From: Rickettsiaceae bacterium
Lineage (GTDB): Bacteria; Pseudomonadota; Alphaproteobacteria; Rickettsiales; UBA6187
Length of the DNA: 51,303 bases
Reading direction: 5' to 3'
NCBI GenBank assembly: GCA_021323415.1
Contig: JAJONM010000008.1
Location: 1 to 51,303, forward strand
Shown here: positions 19,022-28,559 of the stretch, piece by piece
How positions within the stretch are numbered: the first letter of the stretch is position 1
Layout of the letters: each line of letters starts with the position of its first letter
The notes under the pieces: model-generated
Told to the model about the DNA's origin: nothing
What the model saw: only the letters and a program-made list of their open reading frames with translations
The model's database searches: none
Translations under genes and position numbers: made by a program

Positions 19022-20629
19022 ATGTCACGCGAACAGATGAATTTTGATGTGGTTATTGTAGGCGCAGGGCCGGCAGGACTTTCAGCCGCCATCAAATTAA
19101 AACAACTAAAACCAGAAGCAAGCGTGTGCGTTGTCGAAAAAGGCGCAGAAGTTGGAGCACATATATTATCCGGGGCTGTAATAGAGCCACGTGCGTTGGA
19201 TGAATTAATCCCCGATTGGAAGAAAAAAGGGGCCCCACTTAACACCCCGGTAAAAAAAGACGTGTTCCGAGTCCTCACCTGCTCGAAAACCAGCTTCAGG
19301 CTCCCTACCCCACCGCAAATGAAAAACCACGGCAATTACATAGTCTCACTTGGCAATCTATGCCGCTGGCTAGCTGAGCAAGCTATGGGCTTAGGTGTTG
19401 AAATTTACCCCGGTTTTGCAGCGGCAGAAGTTCTTTATGAAAATGATAAAGTTGCAGGAATTGCCACTGGCGATATGGGAATTGGGAAAAATGGCGAGAA
19501 ACTACCATCCTACCAGCAAGGTGTTGAATTACGAGGAAAATATACTTTATTTGCCGAGGGCTGCCGCGGGTCACTCACTGAAAATTTGTATAAAAAATTT
19601 AACTTACGGGAAAATTGCGACTCACAAACTTACGGCATAGGTATTAAAGAATTGTGGGAAGTGCCCAGCGAAGTGCATGACCAGGGTAGTGTTTTGCATA
19701 CAGCGGGCTGGCCACTTGATTCTAAAACTTATGGCGGGTCATTCTTGTACCACCTTGAAAACAATCAGGTAGCTGTTGGCTTTGTAATTGGCCTGGATTA
19801 TGACAACCCATACTTAAGCCCATATGATGAATTCCAAAGATTCAAACTACACCCAAAAATCAGACCCATATTTGAAAATGCAAAACGCATCTCTTATGGA
19901 GCACGCGCATTAAATGAGGGTGGATACCAATCAATACCAGACCTGGTATTTCCAGGAGGAGCGATAATTGGTTGTGGGGCTGGGTTCTTAAACGTTCCAA
20001 AAATAAAAGGCTCCCACAATGCAATGAAATCAGGCATGCTAGCGGCTGAAAGTGTAGCAGAGGCACTAAACGGCAATGCGGAAGATTTATCATCATACCC
20101 TAAAAATCTTAAAAAATCATGGATATACAAAGAGTTACACAAAGTCAGGAACATACGCCCAGGCTTTAAAAAAGGATTGTGGCTAGGGTTACTAAATGCG
20201 GCATTCGAAACTTTAACTTTCGGGCTTGCACCATGGACTCTAAAAAATGAATCTGACCATAAATGCATGAAAAAAGCATCAGAGTGTAAAAAAATTGATT
20301 ATCCCAAACCGGATGGGAAAATTACATTTGATAAATTGACCTCAGTACAACTTTCAAACACCAACCACGAAGAAGACCAGCCTTGTCATTTGACTTTGCT
20401 TGATAAAAGCGTCCCGGTTAACATAAACCTCAAAGAATATGATGGGCCAGAACAACGCTATTGCCCGGCTGGCGTATATGAATTTATTGATGCTGATGGT
20501 GGAAAGAAGTTACAGATAAATGCGCAAAACTGTGTGCATTGCAAGACATGCGATATAAAAGATATGACGCAAAATATTAAGTGGGTAACACCGGAAGGAA
20601 GTGGTGGACCTAGATATCCGAATATGTAG
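19022..20629 (+). CDS. electron-transfer flavoprotein:ubiquinone oxidoreductase (ETF-QO)
   Basis: 535 aa with the FAD motif '[15 protein letters not shown]' and the C-terminal 4Fe-4S block 'CPAGVYE...[15 protein letters not shown]...[13 protein letters not shown]', diagnostic of ETF-QO. AAGGA lies 7 nt before the ATG. Confidence 0.95.
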   Translation: MSREQMNFDVVIVGAGPAGLSAAIKLKQLKPEASVCVVEKGAEVGAHILSGAVIEPRALDELIPDWKKKGAPLNTPVKKDVFRVLTCSKTSFRLPTPPQMKNHGNYIVSLGNLCRWLAEQAMGLGVEIYPGFAAAEVLYENDKVAGIATGDMGIGKNGEKLPSYQQGVELRGKYTLFAEGCRGSLTENLYKKFNLRENCDSQTYGIGIKELWEVPSEVHDQGSVLHTAGWPLDSKTYGGSFLYHLENNQVAVGFVIGLDYDNPYLSPYDEFQRFKLHPKIRPIFENAKRISYGARALNEGGYQSIPDLVFPGGAIIGCGAGFLNVPKIKGSHNAMKSGMLAAESVAEALNGNAEDLSSYPKNLKKSWIYKELHKVRNIRPGFKKGLWLGLLNAAFETLTFGLAPWTLKNESDHKCMKKASECKKIDYPKPDGKITFDKLTSVQLSNTNHEEDQPCHLTLLDKSVPVNINLKEYDGPEQRYCPAGVYEFIDADGGKKLQINAQNCVHCKTCDIKDMTQNIKWVTPEGSGGPRYPNM

Positions 20630-20635
20630 GAAAGA

Positions 20636-20687
20636 GTTGCCAGATTCCAGTTACCAGAAAAAATGCTGGCAACCGGAACCTGGCAAC
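20636..20687 (-). terminator. 22-bp hairpin between convergent genes (probable terminator, strongest on the minus-strand transcript)
   Basis: The arms are 20636-20657 and 20666-20687, with loop AAAAAATG. 19/22 positions are Watson-Crick. The 3 mismatches are A.C on the plus strand but become G.U wobbles in the minus-strand RNA. TCTTTCC follows on the minus strand. Confidence 0.5.
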
Positions 20688-20693
20688 TAGTAA

Positions 20694-20885
20694 TTAGTTA
20701 ATTGCATCCCACATTAAAGGCTTGCCTGCGTTATCCATAGCCATTGCACCACCTTCAATAAACTGAACAGCCATATAATTACCATGGCCAGCACGTTTAC
20801 CGATGTATTTTACCGGCTTTACTGGCTTTCCGGCATAAGTACGTTGTATCGCTTTACCACGCTTACTAGGGTTATTCTTAGACAT
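20694..20885 (-). CDS. hypothetical small basic protein (63 aa)
   Basis: The ORF has a Lys/Gly-rich N-terminus and is directly followed by the hairpin that folds best on its own strand. I see no convincing SD and recognise no family. Confidence 0.4.
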   Translation of the reverse strand: MSKNNPSKRGKAIQRTYAGKPVKPVKYIGKRAGHGNYMAVQFIEGGAMAMDNAGKPLMWDAIN

Positions 20886-21161
20886 AATAGTACCAAAATT
20901 TGAATTAGGGATATTTTCCTAATGGATTTTTAGCACTTGGTCAAGCATTTTATACAAACCATCTATACTAAAGTAGGCACAACCATTACAAACAGAAGGT
21001 GCAGTGCAATACCATCAACGAAAACCAAAAATTTAAACCACACCGGTTTTTAGAAGAATTTGGCTATTCTTTACCCAGGCTATTACTAAAAAACAGTTGA
21101 CACACTATAACAAATACAATACACACCATTCGCTAAAAACTTAACTACAAAGGAACCGTAA

Positions 21162-22853
21162 ATGTCACAGCTAATATCTAGAGAAGCGCAAATAGCTGCA
21201 AACCTAAATACAAAGTTAAAGCTTTTAGCAAATGAAGTAGTTTCCAGTACTGATATAGTATTAGTGGATAATTATACAATACTTATTGGAAATGCTCATG
21301 ATGCTTACCAAAAACTTAGAAACCATCATGTTACAACGCCATCTGGTATTACTCCCAAAAAACGTATAATTTTATCAACCGATAAACTAAACAAAGAGTT
21401 AGCCTCCTCCGTCTCAAAGCAAAAAGGGAAAGAAAAAAAGAATATAGTATTCTTTGATTTAGATGACACACTTGTTGAAAAAGAACATATTATTGATAAT
21501 GCAACAGGATTAGTTGCCTCATTTAAACAAGATCCTAATACTTTAGTATTCCTCATAACAAACTCTGGAAAAACCACAGAAGCAGTAGCTGGATTGCCTA
21601 TCGGAACACAAGTATATGCAGAACACTTTATTTTTGTATTAAAAGAACAATACGGCACAGAATTCGATGGCGTGTTATGTTATGTTGACTTGCCACAAGA
21701 CGAAATTAATAAGAAACGCAAACCATATACCCACTTTGCTAACACAGCACTAAATCTTGCAAAATTAACTACTGATAATATAAACTCCGTTATAGTTGTA
21801 GGAGATAGTAGTGACGACATGAGTTTTGCTGCCAATATCGCAATTGAATGGAAAAAGCTAAATACAACATACACTGTTCATACCACAAGCGCACTCGCAT
21901 CCACAGAAAAAAAAGCAAAAAGAAGCTTAGAAGACGACAAAGTTTGCCATAATATCAATACAACGTATCAAGATATCAATCGCGGCCTAACTAACGAACA
22001 TAAAAAAGCCTTTAACAGAATTGGAGTAACAAGCAATTTTTATCCTGCACCAACCGCATCTCTAGACTCCTACAACCCGAACAAAATTCTAGAAGCCTGC
22101 AAAAAAATATATAAAGATTCAGGCATCTCAACAAACAAGAACTTTGCCAAAAATATAAATAATGATATTGCAGGTATTGAAAGAAACTGGAACGCTATAA
22201 AACTTAAACTTGAAGACATTGATTCTTCAATCATACAGGAATATACAAATAATAAAAACAGAAAAGCAGCTCCTAATATACAAACAACCTCATCTGGAAT
22301 TCCACCAGAAAAACCTGTCATAAAAGAGAAAAAAGCACCTATATTCCCATTTAGAACTCCTTTTGTATTAAAAAAGAGCGCTTCAGAAAATAAAGAGCTA
22401 GTTGCAGGTTTTGAAAAGTTTAAAGCAAGTATTAAAGCAGAAGTAACTGAGCAGAAGAAAATTTATGATGAATTAAAGGCAGTTGATTTAGAAAAATTAA
22501 ACATCAAAAAATTTGAACAAATGCCTGGCAAAATACGGACAGGGAATAAAATTTCCAGAATTTCATTTAAGCATCCAGAGAAAGACATTACTATTGAGTG
22601 TATTACCGATCCAAATAGTGATAGGATAGTTAAAATAGATTTAAAAAATGGCGACGCCTTAGAAAAAGACGAAACGCTTGTATTGATTGGCCTTCCTAAT
22701 ATTGAAGCTCAATTATCTGGTATTTTTATTGAAAAAACGGGGCCTTCACAACCAGAAATAACCCAAAATAGTAAACAAACTTTTGAGATTGGAGCTATTA
22801 CCAACGCTGAAAGAATCGCTTTAAAAAGCAGCTCTCACAGCAGGCAGCATTAG
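21162..22853 (+). CDS. HAD-superfamily-like hydrolase domain fused to a long Lys/Asn-rich C-terminal region (hypothetical)
   Basis: 563 aa with AAGGAA 6 nt before the ATG. The HAD motifs appear in order: 'VFFDLDDTLV' (DxDxT), 'FLITNSG', 'KRKPY', 'VVGDSSDDMSFA'. I do not recognise the remaining ~330 aa. Confidence 0.7.
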   Translation: MSQLISREAQIAANLNTKLKLLANEVVSSTDIVLVDNYTILIGNAHDAYQKLRNHHVTTPSGITPKKRIILSTDKLNKELASSVSKQKGKEKKNIVFFDLDDTLVEKEHIIDNATGLVASFKQDPNTLVFLITNSGKTTEAVAGLPIGTQVYAEHFIFVLKEQYGTEFDGVLCYVDLPQDEINKKRKPYTHFANTALNLAKLTTDNINSVIVVGDSSDDMSFAANIAIEWKKLNTTYTVHTTSALASTEKKAKRSLEDDKVCHNINTTYQDINRGLTNEHKKAFNRIGVTSNFYPAPTASLDSYNPNKILEACKKIYKDSGISTNKNFAKNINNDIAGIERNWNAIKLKLEDIDSSIIQEYTNNKNRKAAPNIQTTSSGIPPEKPVIKEKKAPIFPFRTPFVLKKSASENKELVAGFEKFKASIKAEVTEQKKIYDELKAVDLEKLNIKKFEQMPGKIRTGNKISRISFKHPEKDITIECITDPNSDRIVKIDLKNGDALEKDETLVLIGLPNIEAQLSGIFIEKTGPSQPEITQNSKQTFEIGAITNAERIALKSSSHSRQH

Positions 22854-22966
22854 CTACATTAAATTAGGTAGGTGTAATTAAACTTCTACTAATTAATTTT
22901 TTTTATGCAATGGCTACACTAACTATTTTTTGTATCATTTTGAATTGCTAGCCAATTTGTAAATGG

Positions 22967-24331
22967 CTACTTAGCTCCTGGCAGCTTTGGCATTAATTTA
23001 CCAAGCCCGCCACGCATAAGGGTTTTCTTATCCATGCGGCCAAGTTTCTTCATCATTGTAGCCATTTGTAAATGCTGCTTTAATAGGCGGTTCAAATCCT
23101 GTACAGACACCCCCGCCCCTGCAGCAATACGTTTTTTACGCGAAGCATTAATAACACCAGGATTACGGCGTTCTTTTTTAGTCATCGAACTAATCATCGC
23201 TTCCTGTCTTATAATAAGGCGGTCATCAACTCCGGACTCTTCTATTTCCTTTTTCATTTTGCCAATGCCAGGAATCATACCGACAAGGCCGCCAATGCCA
23301 CCCATCTTGCGCATCATTTTTAGCTGCTTTGACAAGTCATTCATATCGAATTGGCCTTTGCGAATTTTACTTTCCATTTTTTGGGCTTCATCGATATCGA
23401 CATTTTCCATCGCTCTTTCAACCAAAGAAACCACATCACCCATACCTAAAATACGAGATGCAATACGATTTGGATGGAATGCCTCAAATTCTGAAATTCT
23501 TTCACCAACACCCATAAATTTAATAGGGCAGCCAGTGACAGCGCGCATTGAAAGCGCAGCACCACCACGTCCATCACCATCGATACGGGTTAGTATTATG
23601 CCTGTAATTCCAACTTTTTCATTAAACTGACTAGCTATATTAACCGCATCCTGACCAGTTAGAGAATCTGCCACGAGTAATGTCTCAACAGGTTTTGCAA
23701 TCTCTTTTACCTTTTGCAATTCCTGCATTAATTCTTCATCTATATGAAGGCGACCAGCAGTATCGAGGATAACTACATCATATCCACCCAGCTTCCCCTG
23801 CTCCATAGCACGCTTAGTAATAGCAACCGGTTTTTCTTCTTTAATAATCGGCAGGCTATCTACGACTATTTGCTTACCTAAAATTTCAAGCTGCTCTTGT
23901 GCTGCCGGGCGGTAAATATCAAGTGACGCAAGCAGTATTTTTTTATTGCGCTTTTTATTAAGGAAATTTGCCAGTTTACCTGAAGACGTAGTTTTACCAG
24001 AACCTTGCAGGCCTATCATCATAATAACTGCAGGCGGAACAGCATTTAAATTAATCTCTGATTCATCGGAACCCAGCATCTGCTCAAGGTTATCCTGAAC
24101 AATTTTTACTACCATCTGGCCAGGAGATATACTCTTTACGACATCTGAACCAATTGCTTTTTCTTTTACCTTGGCAATAAAATCTTTTGCAACAGATAAG
24201 GAAACATCCGCCTCAAGCAAGGCAACGCGCACTTCACGCATTGCTGTATTAACATCATCCTCGGTTAAGACACCTTTGCTCTTTAGACGGGAAAAAACTT
24301 TATTAAGATTATCGCTTAAACTTTCAAACAT
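22967..24331 (-). CDS. ffh: signal recognition particle protein Ffh
   Basis: 454 aa with the NG domain ('GLQGSGKTTSSGKLA', 'DTAGRL', 'TRIDGDGRGGAALS') and the Met-rich M domain ('MMRKMGGIGGLVGMIPGIGKM'). Confidence 0.97.
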   Translation of the reverse strand: MFESLSDNLNKVFSRLKSKGVLTEDDVNTAMREVRVALLEADVSLSVAKDFIAKVKEKAIGSDVVKSISPGQMVVKIVQDNLEQMLGSDESEINLNAVPPAVIMMIGLQGSGKTTSSGKLANFLNKKRNKKILLASLDIYRPAAQEQLEILGKQIVVDSLPIIKEEKPVAITKRAMEQGKLGGYDVVILDTAGRLHIDEELMQELQKVKEIAKPVETLLVADSLTGQDAVNIASQFNEKVGITGIILTRIDGDGRGGAALSMRAVTGCPIKFMGVGERISEFEAFHPNRIASRILGMGDVVSLVERAMENVDIDEAQKMESKIRKGQFDMNDLSKQLKMMRKMGGIGGLVGMIPGIGKMKKEIEESGVDDRLIIRQEAMISSMTKKERRNPGVINASRKKRIAAGAGVSVQDLNRLLKQHLQMATMMKKLGRMDKKTLMRGGLGKLMPKLPGAK

Positions 24332-24401
24332 AATGGTGTATATTTTTAAAAAATTTTTGCTACAAATAACTGATTATCCACAAAAATACTATAGGTAATT
24401 T

Positions 24402-25091
24402 ATGAGTAGGGTTAAATCGCAAGGCTTTAGCATACTTGAGTTAACAATAAGTATCACAATTATTGCATTAATAGTTGCAGCAATTACGGCGGCCAGCAAT
24501 ATGAAATCTAAACTGGAACTAAACCAGGTAGTGGATGATATAGGCAATACCAGCAGTGGATTAAAAGTATTCAAGACTACTTATAACGGCATCCCGGGTG
24601 ATTTAGTAAATGCAGAAGATGCTTTCGGTGTAACATCCACTGACAGCGGAAATGGCAATAATTTCCTTGGAACTACTGATGGGTCCGGCACTAACAAAAA
24701 TGAAACGTTATTATTCTGGCAGCATTTATCTTTGGCCGGACTTATTGAAGGGTCTTACGATGGGATTACTAATGGTGTAGGCGGCAGAATGGAAGCACCT
24801 GTTAAAAGAGGATTATACGGTGCTATAAAAACTTCAGGACACAGTCTTTTAGGAAATTCACTAAATATCAGTGTTGGTAAAGCATCTGATTACGGTTTAT
24901 TCACAACGAAGCAAGCGTACAACTACGATACAAAATACGATGATGGCACACCTAACACTGGAACAATCAGAGCGGCTGATGGCACTGGCGAAACGGCGCA
25001 AGCCTGTGTCACCACAGGCTCGCCACAAACATACACACTGACAAATTCAAGTGGCACGCCATGCATAATCTTTTTCGCGATTGATCAGTAG
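24402..25091 (+). CDS. prepilin-type N-terminal cleavage/methylation domain protein (type IV pilin / T2SS pseudopilin-like)
   Basis: The N-terminus 'MSRVKSQG|FSILELTISITIIALIVAAITAA' is a class III signal peptide with Gly-1, Phe+1, Glu+5 and a hydrophobic helix. Two C-terminal Cys residues could form the pilin disulfide loop. Confidence 0.8.
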   Translation: MSRVKSQGFSILELTISITIIALIVAAITAASNMKSKLELNQVVDDIGNTSSGLKVFKTTYNGIPGDLVNAEDAFGVTSTDSGNGNNFLGTTDGSGTNKNETLLFWQHLSLAGLIEGSYDGITNGVGGRMEAPVKRGLYGAIKTSGHSLLGNSLNISVGKASDYGLFTTKQAYNYDTKYDDGTPNTGTIRAADGTGETAQACVTTGSPQTYTLTNSSGTPCIIFFAIDQ

Positions 25092-25093
25092 TT

Positions 25094-26701
25094 TTACTGA
25101 TGCTCGCGTTCGGTATTACTGGTAACTAAAGCCACAAACCTATTTTGATTTGCAGTTTTTCCTGTCATCTCAACAAAAGTTCTCGGCTCCTTTTCAAGGC
25201 CTAATTCTTTCCTGCGGGCTAGTGACTTTTGCTGAAGTTTAACTATCTGTTCATCTATGCTATCCAGTTCCTTAGCTGTTTCTGCCTTAGCGATATTACC
25301 AGATAGAACTTCAGATAAAATTTTGCTGCCATAATTAAATTCAGGTTTGATACCTATACCAGCAAGCCTGTCTATCATTGGAGTAATTTGCAGGTCTTTT
25401 AAATTTTTCCCTTGCGCTTTGGCTTCGCAAATTTCTGCTACCATATCAACAAACAAATCAATGATATTTTCTGGCATAGTAAGTGGCGGAGTAATGCGTA
25501 ATGTATTTTCTTTTGTTTGTTTACATAAAATTCCATGCCTAATTAAAACATCACGAATTCCTATGGCAGAATTGGTAAATTCAAGCCCAATAAATAATCC
25601 CTTACCACGAATATCTTTTATAATAGGATTGTCGCCTTTTGTATATTTATCGAGTTTTTCGTGCACTTTATCCAATGCATAAGCACCGGTTTTTTCGCTT
25701 AGCGCACAAAGTTCTTTTAGAATTTTTAACGTTGCAATAGCAATCGCAGAGCCAGCCGGGTTGCCGCCAAATGTCGAACCATGATCACCAGGCCCGAGCA
25801 CACTCATAGTCTCTTCATCAGCTAATATAAGTGAAACCGGGAGAAGGCCACCGGCTAGTCCTTTACCTAAAAGCACAATATCAGCACGAACACCTTCATG
25901 CTCCTGAGCCAGCATTTTTCCTGTACGTCCAAGGCCAGCCTGGATTTCATCTCCAATCCATTTCACATTATATTTTGTACATAGCTCTCTAACTCTTCTT
26001 AAATAACCTTTGGGTGGAACAATAACACCACCCTCCCCTTGAATTGGCTCAACGAGAAATGCTGCTATGTTTTGGCCTTCTTTTTTGAATAGTTCTTCTA
26101 ATGCATCAGCATCACCAAAGGGTACTTTTCTTCTATTTCTAGGCGCCGGATCAAAGCCCCTTGTCTCCTCCTCAGAATCTCTAAATGACCAAACACCGCC
26201 AGATTGTCCATGATATGCTCCGTTAGTGCCAACTATAATCGCCGTATCTTTATCATCTAACTCGCCTTTTCCTTTTTTATTATCATGCCACCATCTGGTA
26301 GCTATTTTTATAGCCCCTTCAACCGCCTCAGCTCCGCCATTGCATGGCAGCATTTTATCATAACCGAAAGCGTCATGTACAACTTTAGCAAGCTCACAAT
26401 ATGGCTCATTATTATAAGCACCGCCTGTTGAGTGCAGCTTTAGCATTTGGCTAAATGCAGCTATTGCAATTTCAGGACACCTATGTCCCGCATTTACCAC
26501 TGCATAAGAAGCAAAAAAATCTGTAAAAACCCGGCCATCAACGGCTTTAACAAAATAACCATCGGCCTGTTGCAACACTATACCTTCCATTGGGTGATAG
26601 TGGTTAGCAACATACTTATGGTAAAGGTGTTTTAAATATTCTGTTCTGTTTGTGAAAGAACTGGATTTATCTAGTAGCGACTCTGCGTGAAGTTTTGCCA
26701 T
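25094..26701 (-). CDS. class III PLP aminotransferase, ornithine aminotransferase-like, with a ~100-aa C-terminal extension
   Basis: 'EPIQGEGGV', 'DEIQAGLGRTGK', 'DIVLLGKGLAGG' (PLP lysine context as in OAT) and 'HGSTFGGNP'. At 535 aa it compares with roughly 400 aa for bacterial OATs. Confidence 0.85.
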   Translation of the reverse strand: MAKLHAESLLDKSSSFTNRTEYLKHLYHKYVANHYHPMEGIVLQQADGYFVKAVDGRVFTDFFASYAVVNAGHRCPEIAIAAFSQMLKLHSTGGAYNNEPYCELAKVVHDAFGYDKMLPCNGGAEAVEGAIKIATRWWHDNKKGKGELDDKDTAIIVGTNGAYHGQSGGVWSFRDSEEETRGFDPAPRNRRKVPFGDADALEELFKKEGQNIAAFLVEPIQGEGGVIVPPKGYLRRVRELCTKYNVKWIGDEIQAGLGRTGKMLAQEHEGVRADIVLLGKGLAGGLLPVSLILADEETMSVLGPGDHGSTFGGNPAGSAIAIATLKILKELCALSEKTGAYALDKVHEKLDKYTKGDNPIIKDIRGKGLFIGLEFTNSAIGIRDVLIRHGILCKQTKENTLRITPPLTMPENIIDLFVDMVAEICEAKAQGKNLKDLQITPMIDRLAGIGIKPEFNYGSKILSEVLSGNIAKAETAKELDSIDEQIVKLQQKSLARRKELGLEKEPRTFVEMTGKTANQNRFVALVTSNTEREHQ

Positions 26702-26813
26702 ATAGTACCTTTTGCTTATATTTATTTACCTGATGGGGAAACCAAGATAAGCATATAAGATTTTATATAGCAAACAGAAAATATAAAAATGTTAATTGAT
26801 TTTTAATCTATGG

Positions 26814-28559
26814 TTACAAATAATATACCAGCATATAGACACAAAGCATTACAGCAACCCATGTCAAAGTAGTGCCAAGTGACCAATTGCGTGCCAGGAC
26901 TCCTTGTGGGTGATGTATATATCTCGTAGCCCTGATGCCTTTTTTTATAAGCTTTCTTGCAACAATCGCACCAATCCTTATTGGAAAGCTACCAAGAACG
27001 GATATTACCACAAGTATATATTTACCAAATGCGCGGTAAAACCAATCGATATCCAGAGTTATCGTTGCAGAGCTTCTTAAGAACGGCACTGCTATAAAAA
27101 AAGCTGCTGCTGAAAATAAAAGAATCTGCATCTGTGATACTACATGCTCTGCGGTATAAACCTGGTAATCTGGCATTTCAGGCAATAGCCTGTAAATACT
27201 CAATTCAGGAAACGTTGGGATTGCAGGAATAAAACAAAGAATAGTGCATAGCGCCATCGCAAGCTGCATATTTAGCGGAGGATCTGTTGGGCGCAAACCA
27301 GAATCTTTCTGGAAGAAAGTAAACCATGAAAACCTAAGTCCCGTATGGATGAAAACACCAGCTGATGCCATAAGCACTAAAAACCAGACCCAACGAAAGC
27401 TATCCCGGAATACTGAGTCAACAATCATAGACTTGCCAATAAACCCAGTAGTAACCGGAAAAGCTGATATTGCCAATGCTCCTACTATGCCACAGAAAGT
27501 AGTAAGCTTCATTGAATGTGATAGCCCTCCTAATTCACTAAATTTACTTTTTCCAGTCATATATAGAACTGACCCTGCTGACATAAATAACAATGCAGTA
27601 TAAATCACACTACTTAGTACTTGGGTAGCAACTCCAGCGAGGGATAGACTAGTGCCAATACCTACACCTATAACCATAAAACCAACCTGGTTGATTATGC
27701 TATATGACAAAAGCTTGCGTATATCATTTTCAAGTATTGCATAAATAATGCTGTAAAATATCATTATCAGGCCAATATATATCAGTAGCTCAGTTCCTGA
27801 AAATAGCGTTATCAGAACAAACACTGCAGTTTTTGTAGTAAAGGCAGAAAGATAAACCGCACCAAAAGGCGAACTTTTAGGGTAAGCATCGGGTAACCAG
27901 GCTGACACTGGCGGAACTGCAACATTAATTAATATTCCTACCAAAATTAACCACATTACGGTCGCGTTAGAATCAAGTACATATCCAGGTAATAATATTG
28001 CTATATCAGCATCAAACGGCATAAGCTGAACATTGCCATCCAAAGCAATATGCGCCAGTATACCTGTCATGAAAATTAATCCACCGATAAAATGAACAAA
28101 AGCATAACGCACCCCCGCACGCATTGCGCCCTCTTGATCTGAACAGAAAATAACAAAGCATGAAGCAATAGCCATCAATTCCCAGAATAAGAACAGGCTT
28201 ATATAGTCCCCGGCAAAAGCAACGCCTATTGCGCTACCGGCACAAATAAATGCAGCAGTAGTTTCTGAAGGTTTACTTTGCATAAGGCCAAATAATGCAC
28301 CTACAAAAGCAGCAATAACAAACGCTGTAGCGAAAATGCGGCTATAAGGAAAAATCAACAGTGGATTTAAATCAAATCCTGCCACGTTGATTGCTAGTAT
28401 ACTTTGATCTCCAGGAATATTCCATATTTGTGCTAAAGTTAATATTGGCAACACCAAAACCAGAGGCATACGTAAGTATCTATGCAGAAATGGTATAAAT
28501 AGTGCGCCTATTATCATTATCATTGCAGGTGGCATATGATTGATAAAATCTCTTATCAT
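26814..28559 (-). CDS. Mrp-like antiporter, NuoL/M/N-type (MrpD/MrpA-like) proton-conducting subunit 3
   Basis: 581 aa and polytopic, with 'FLFWELMAIASCF' typical of complex I subunit 2/4/5-family antiporter-like proteins. It has a 4-nt overlap with the upstream small ORF. Confidence 0.85.
   Translation of the reverse strand: MIRDFINHMPPAMIMIIGALFIPFLHRYLRMPLVLVLPILTLAQIWNIPGDQSILAINVAGFDLNPLLIFPYSRIFATAFVIAAFVGALFGLMQSKPSETTAAFICAGSAIGVAFAGDYISLFLFWELMAIASCFVIFCSDQEGAMRAGVRYAFVHFIGGLIFMTGILAHIALDGNVQLMPFDADIAILLPGYVLDSNATVMWLILVGILINVAVPPVSAWLPDAYPKSSPFGAVYLSAFTTKTAVFVLITLFSGTELLIYIGLIMIFYSIIYAILENDIRKLLSYSIINQVGFMVIGVGIGTSLSLAGVATQVLSSVIYTALLFMSAGSVLYMTGKSKFSELGGLSHSMKLTTFCGIVGALAISAFPVTTGFIGKSMIVDSVFRDSFRWVWFLVLMASAGVFIHTGLRFSWFTFFQKDSGLRPTDPPLNMQLAMALCTILCFIPAIPTFPELSIYRLLPEMPDYQVYTAEHVVSQMQILLFSAAAFFIAVPFLRSSATITLDIDWFYRAFGKYILVVISVLGSFPIRIGAIVARKLIKKGIRATRYIHHPQGVLARNWSLGTTLTWVAVMLCVYMLVYYL

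Noticed and set aside
18952-19335. Minus-strand 127-aa ORF overlapping the start of ETF-QO
   Set aside because: It is mostly antisense to the well-supported ETF-QO gene, including its FAD-binding motif. It has no recognisable features.
21096-21124. TTGACA-17 nt-TACACA upstream of the HAD-like gene as a promoter
   Set aside because: The -10 element matches only 3/6 positions and lacks the conserved final T. It is too weak to report as a feature.
23034-23630. Plus-strand 198-aa ORF inside ffh (and 23329..23517, 24171..24398)
   Set aside because: They are antisense shadows of the highly conserved Ffh gene. Long antisense ORFs are expected by chance from the codon bias of this genome.
25084-25101. 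6-bp hairpin ATCAGT-AGTTTT-ACTGAT covering the convergent stop codons of the pilin-like and aminotransferase genes
   Set aside because: It is very short and A+T-rich and could arise by chance. It is not convincing as a terminator.
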